Source: Cyanophora paradoxa CCMP329
Taxonomy: Eukaryota; Plantae; Glaucophyta
Length of the DNA stretch: 64,000 bases
Assembly (NCBI GenBank): GCA_004431415.1
Contig: QPMI01000194.1
Span: 1-64,000 of the forward strand
Direction of reading: 5' to 3'
Under the pieces are notes generated by a model. The model did not search any database. It saw only the letters and a program-made list of their open reading frames with translations, and was not told the DNA's origin. Each line of letters starts with the position of its first letter. The first letter of the stretch is position 1. The position numbers were made by a program, and so were the translations under genes. Shown piece by piece: positions 61,843-64,000 of this stretch.

Positions 61843-62877
61843 TTAGTCTATCGCCTTCCAATTTCGACGCTGCCAGCTCGAAGACCTTTGTTCGGAATTC
61901 TGAGTATTGTGCACTTCTGAGACGAGGAAAAGGAGGTGATATGAAATGGTTTGGTGAAACAGGATGTACACAAGAAATTTTGTCCTTGAAATGAAACGCC
62001 TAGAGGTTTCCGGAGCTGGAATGGGTATGGCTTTTAGATATTGGACCTCCACTTCTCATATTCGCCATCGCGCAACGCCTTCCGGTACAGGACAGCAGTC
62101 ACAATGTTGATGATCTGCCCGGTGTTCGAACGCAGAAGAGGCGCAGCTCAGTAGGGGACGAGAAGAGGAATACCTGCAAGAGCACGAGGAAGAGGCCGAA
62201 GCCACCGAGCAGCTTGAGGTTCTCCGATGCGAGGGCCTTCGCATAGCCCGGCGTGAGGCCAGGCCACACTTTGGCGAAGTCCTCGGGGCTCTTGTCGTAG
62301 AGCCACTGAATGTCCTCCTCAATCTTCGACCGCAGCGCGAAGCACGCAATCGCTGTGGCGAATTCGAAGATGGTGATGATTCCGACGGAGATGGCGAACT
62401 TCTCGTTAGTCAAGGCGGCACAGGCGGCACCAGGGCAATGGCGCGCGCGGACTGCAAGGTTCAAAAGGATACACAGCAGAGAACACCGCGATTCTTTGCG
62501 ACAGCGGCCCAGAAACCTGCCGCGCGCGACGTCTGAAATCGTACGAGGAGCGCGGAAAGTTCCGCAGCGGCGCACCGAGGCACGAGAAGAGAAGAATGAA
62601 AACGCCGATAGCCACGAGCGCGTGCGGAGTCCACGCGCCGCCGTAGCCCTTTGCCAGCGCCGCGCCAGCGAGGCCAAGAATGAGCAGACCGCCGACCTGT
62701 GGAGCGAGCATTGGCGCTGCCCCAAGCAAGGAGATGGCCCGCGAGGAAATGCGCGGCATTTGGCAGCGGAAGCGGCACGCCCACCATGGTCAAGAAGGTC
62801 AGAATTTTCAAAATGCTGCCCGAGGGAGAGCATAGCGCTCTCGCTTCCACGAGCTGGCCCCGAACGAGGTTGCGCAT
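61843..62877 (-). CDS. Second tetraspanin-like 4-TM protein (ends approximate)
   Basis: ILKILTFLTM|VGGLLILGLAGAAL..ALVAIGVFILLFSCLG, ISVGIITIFEFATAIACFAL, LKLLGGFGLFLVLLQ|IINIVTAVLYRK. Confidence 0.65.
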
Positions 62878-64000
62878 TTTTCGCAGGAGGAAACCCGGGC
62901 CTGGCGCTTCGTCTGCTGCTGCCCTCGAGAATTTTGTATACCCCTCAGAGGGGGAGGTGACCCGGAGGTCCCCGGAGGTGACTGGGGAGTTCCGGGAGGA
63001 ACCCGCGGCGGGGGAGGATCCACACTGCGCCTCAGCTCGGCGTTAATCGGCTCGCTCGAATCGACGCGCCTGTGCAGCTCCCGCGCAAGTGTCTAAGGCT
63101 CGGTCGGCGCGGCAGCTCGATCTCGGCGGTAGCTGTTTCGACTCCAGTGGGCACTCTGATCGTGCTTTGTTGGCGGCTCTGATGCGCGATCGCAAGACAC
63201 TCCATGCACGGACCACTTGCGCTAGCGCTTCGCATCGGTACCTGCGCGCTGAGAGCCTCAGAGCTGCTTGGCGCGTACTGGCACTGGCGCGGCGGAAGTT
63301 TCGAAATCCCTTCAAGACTCGAAGGTCGCCCGCCACGAGTAGACCAGTTGACGCTGATCTGACCTATCTGAGCGAGCGTCACTGAGTTCGTGGCTGCCAA
63401 GATGTTCTCTATCGTGCAAGGGCTGAAATCATCGCGCAGTGTCAGCTCAGAGGGAGTGCACCGTAGCACGTGAGCACTCGAATTGCCAATTGCATCTGCC
63501 GGCTAGCGCTCATCGTCTGTGTCGCGATCGCTCTTTCTCCCGCCCAGGTTCCCCAGCCCAGGATGTACTAATTTAAAGCCTGTCGTGCGCTCGAAGGTGC
63601 GCTCTTCGAGCGCTCAGCCTTGACGGGCACCCGCAAACGTATCCGAGACTCGGTTCCGAGTGCGGCAGATGCTCAGCGGCTCCTCAGCGGCTCGAACGCA
63701 CGCGTCGGATCTGGTCCAGCCGGCGCAAGATCACCGACGCGTGCGAGCGGGACTGTTGCATCTCCCAGCGGGACTGTTGCATCTCCCGGGTATCTAAACG
63801 GCGCCCACGCCCGCCCCGCACAGGTGCTAGACCTAGGGAATGCCCACGCAACCTGTGAATCCTGTCAGAGCCATGAGTAGCCTGCAACAGCCCCATGCAT
63901 AGCCCATAACGACCCCTTCTCGCAGGCCAGAACGCCGATTGCCCGCTGGAGTACAGTGGATGGAGAGCAGCACTACAAACTCAAGAGACCCACGACACCA

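Overview
Gene-dense, GC-rich eukaryotic nuclear DNA. Genes are split by many ~45-65 nt GT-AG introns (a few GC-AG) and microexons, so the supplied ORF track shows mostly single exons or antisense shadows. About 22 protein-coding genes can be reconstructed by eye: two tetraspanin-like genes, a disrupted SWEET transporter, SEC24, both ATP-citrate lyase subunits, a bacterial-type acetylpolyamine amidohydrolase, CHID1, COX6B, RPN10, VDAC, TM9SF, Misato, G3BP/NTF2, bystin, two syntaxins, ERD2, Derlin, EF1B-gamma, phosphoglucan water dikinase, SF3B2 and two unknown coiled-coil proteins. A PWD with no transit peptide suggests an alga with cytosolic starch (glaucophyte-like; inference). The main find is at 2011-2836: a 5'-truncated, three-intron Fanzor2-like (eukaryotic TnpB) RNA-guided nuclease gene with a structured downstream omegaRNA-like region. 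It sits inside a SWEET exon between two copies of a 14-bp host sequence. Also noted: a U18-like C/D snoRNA candidate in an EF1B-gamma intron, a 151-bp satellite, a dispersed 50-bp minisatellite, several dispersed repeat families, an intronic telomeric insert and strong palindromes. All exon structures were read manually and gene ends are approximate where stated.
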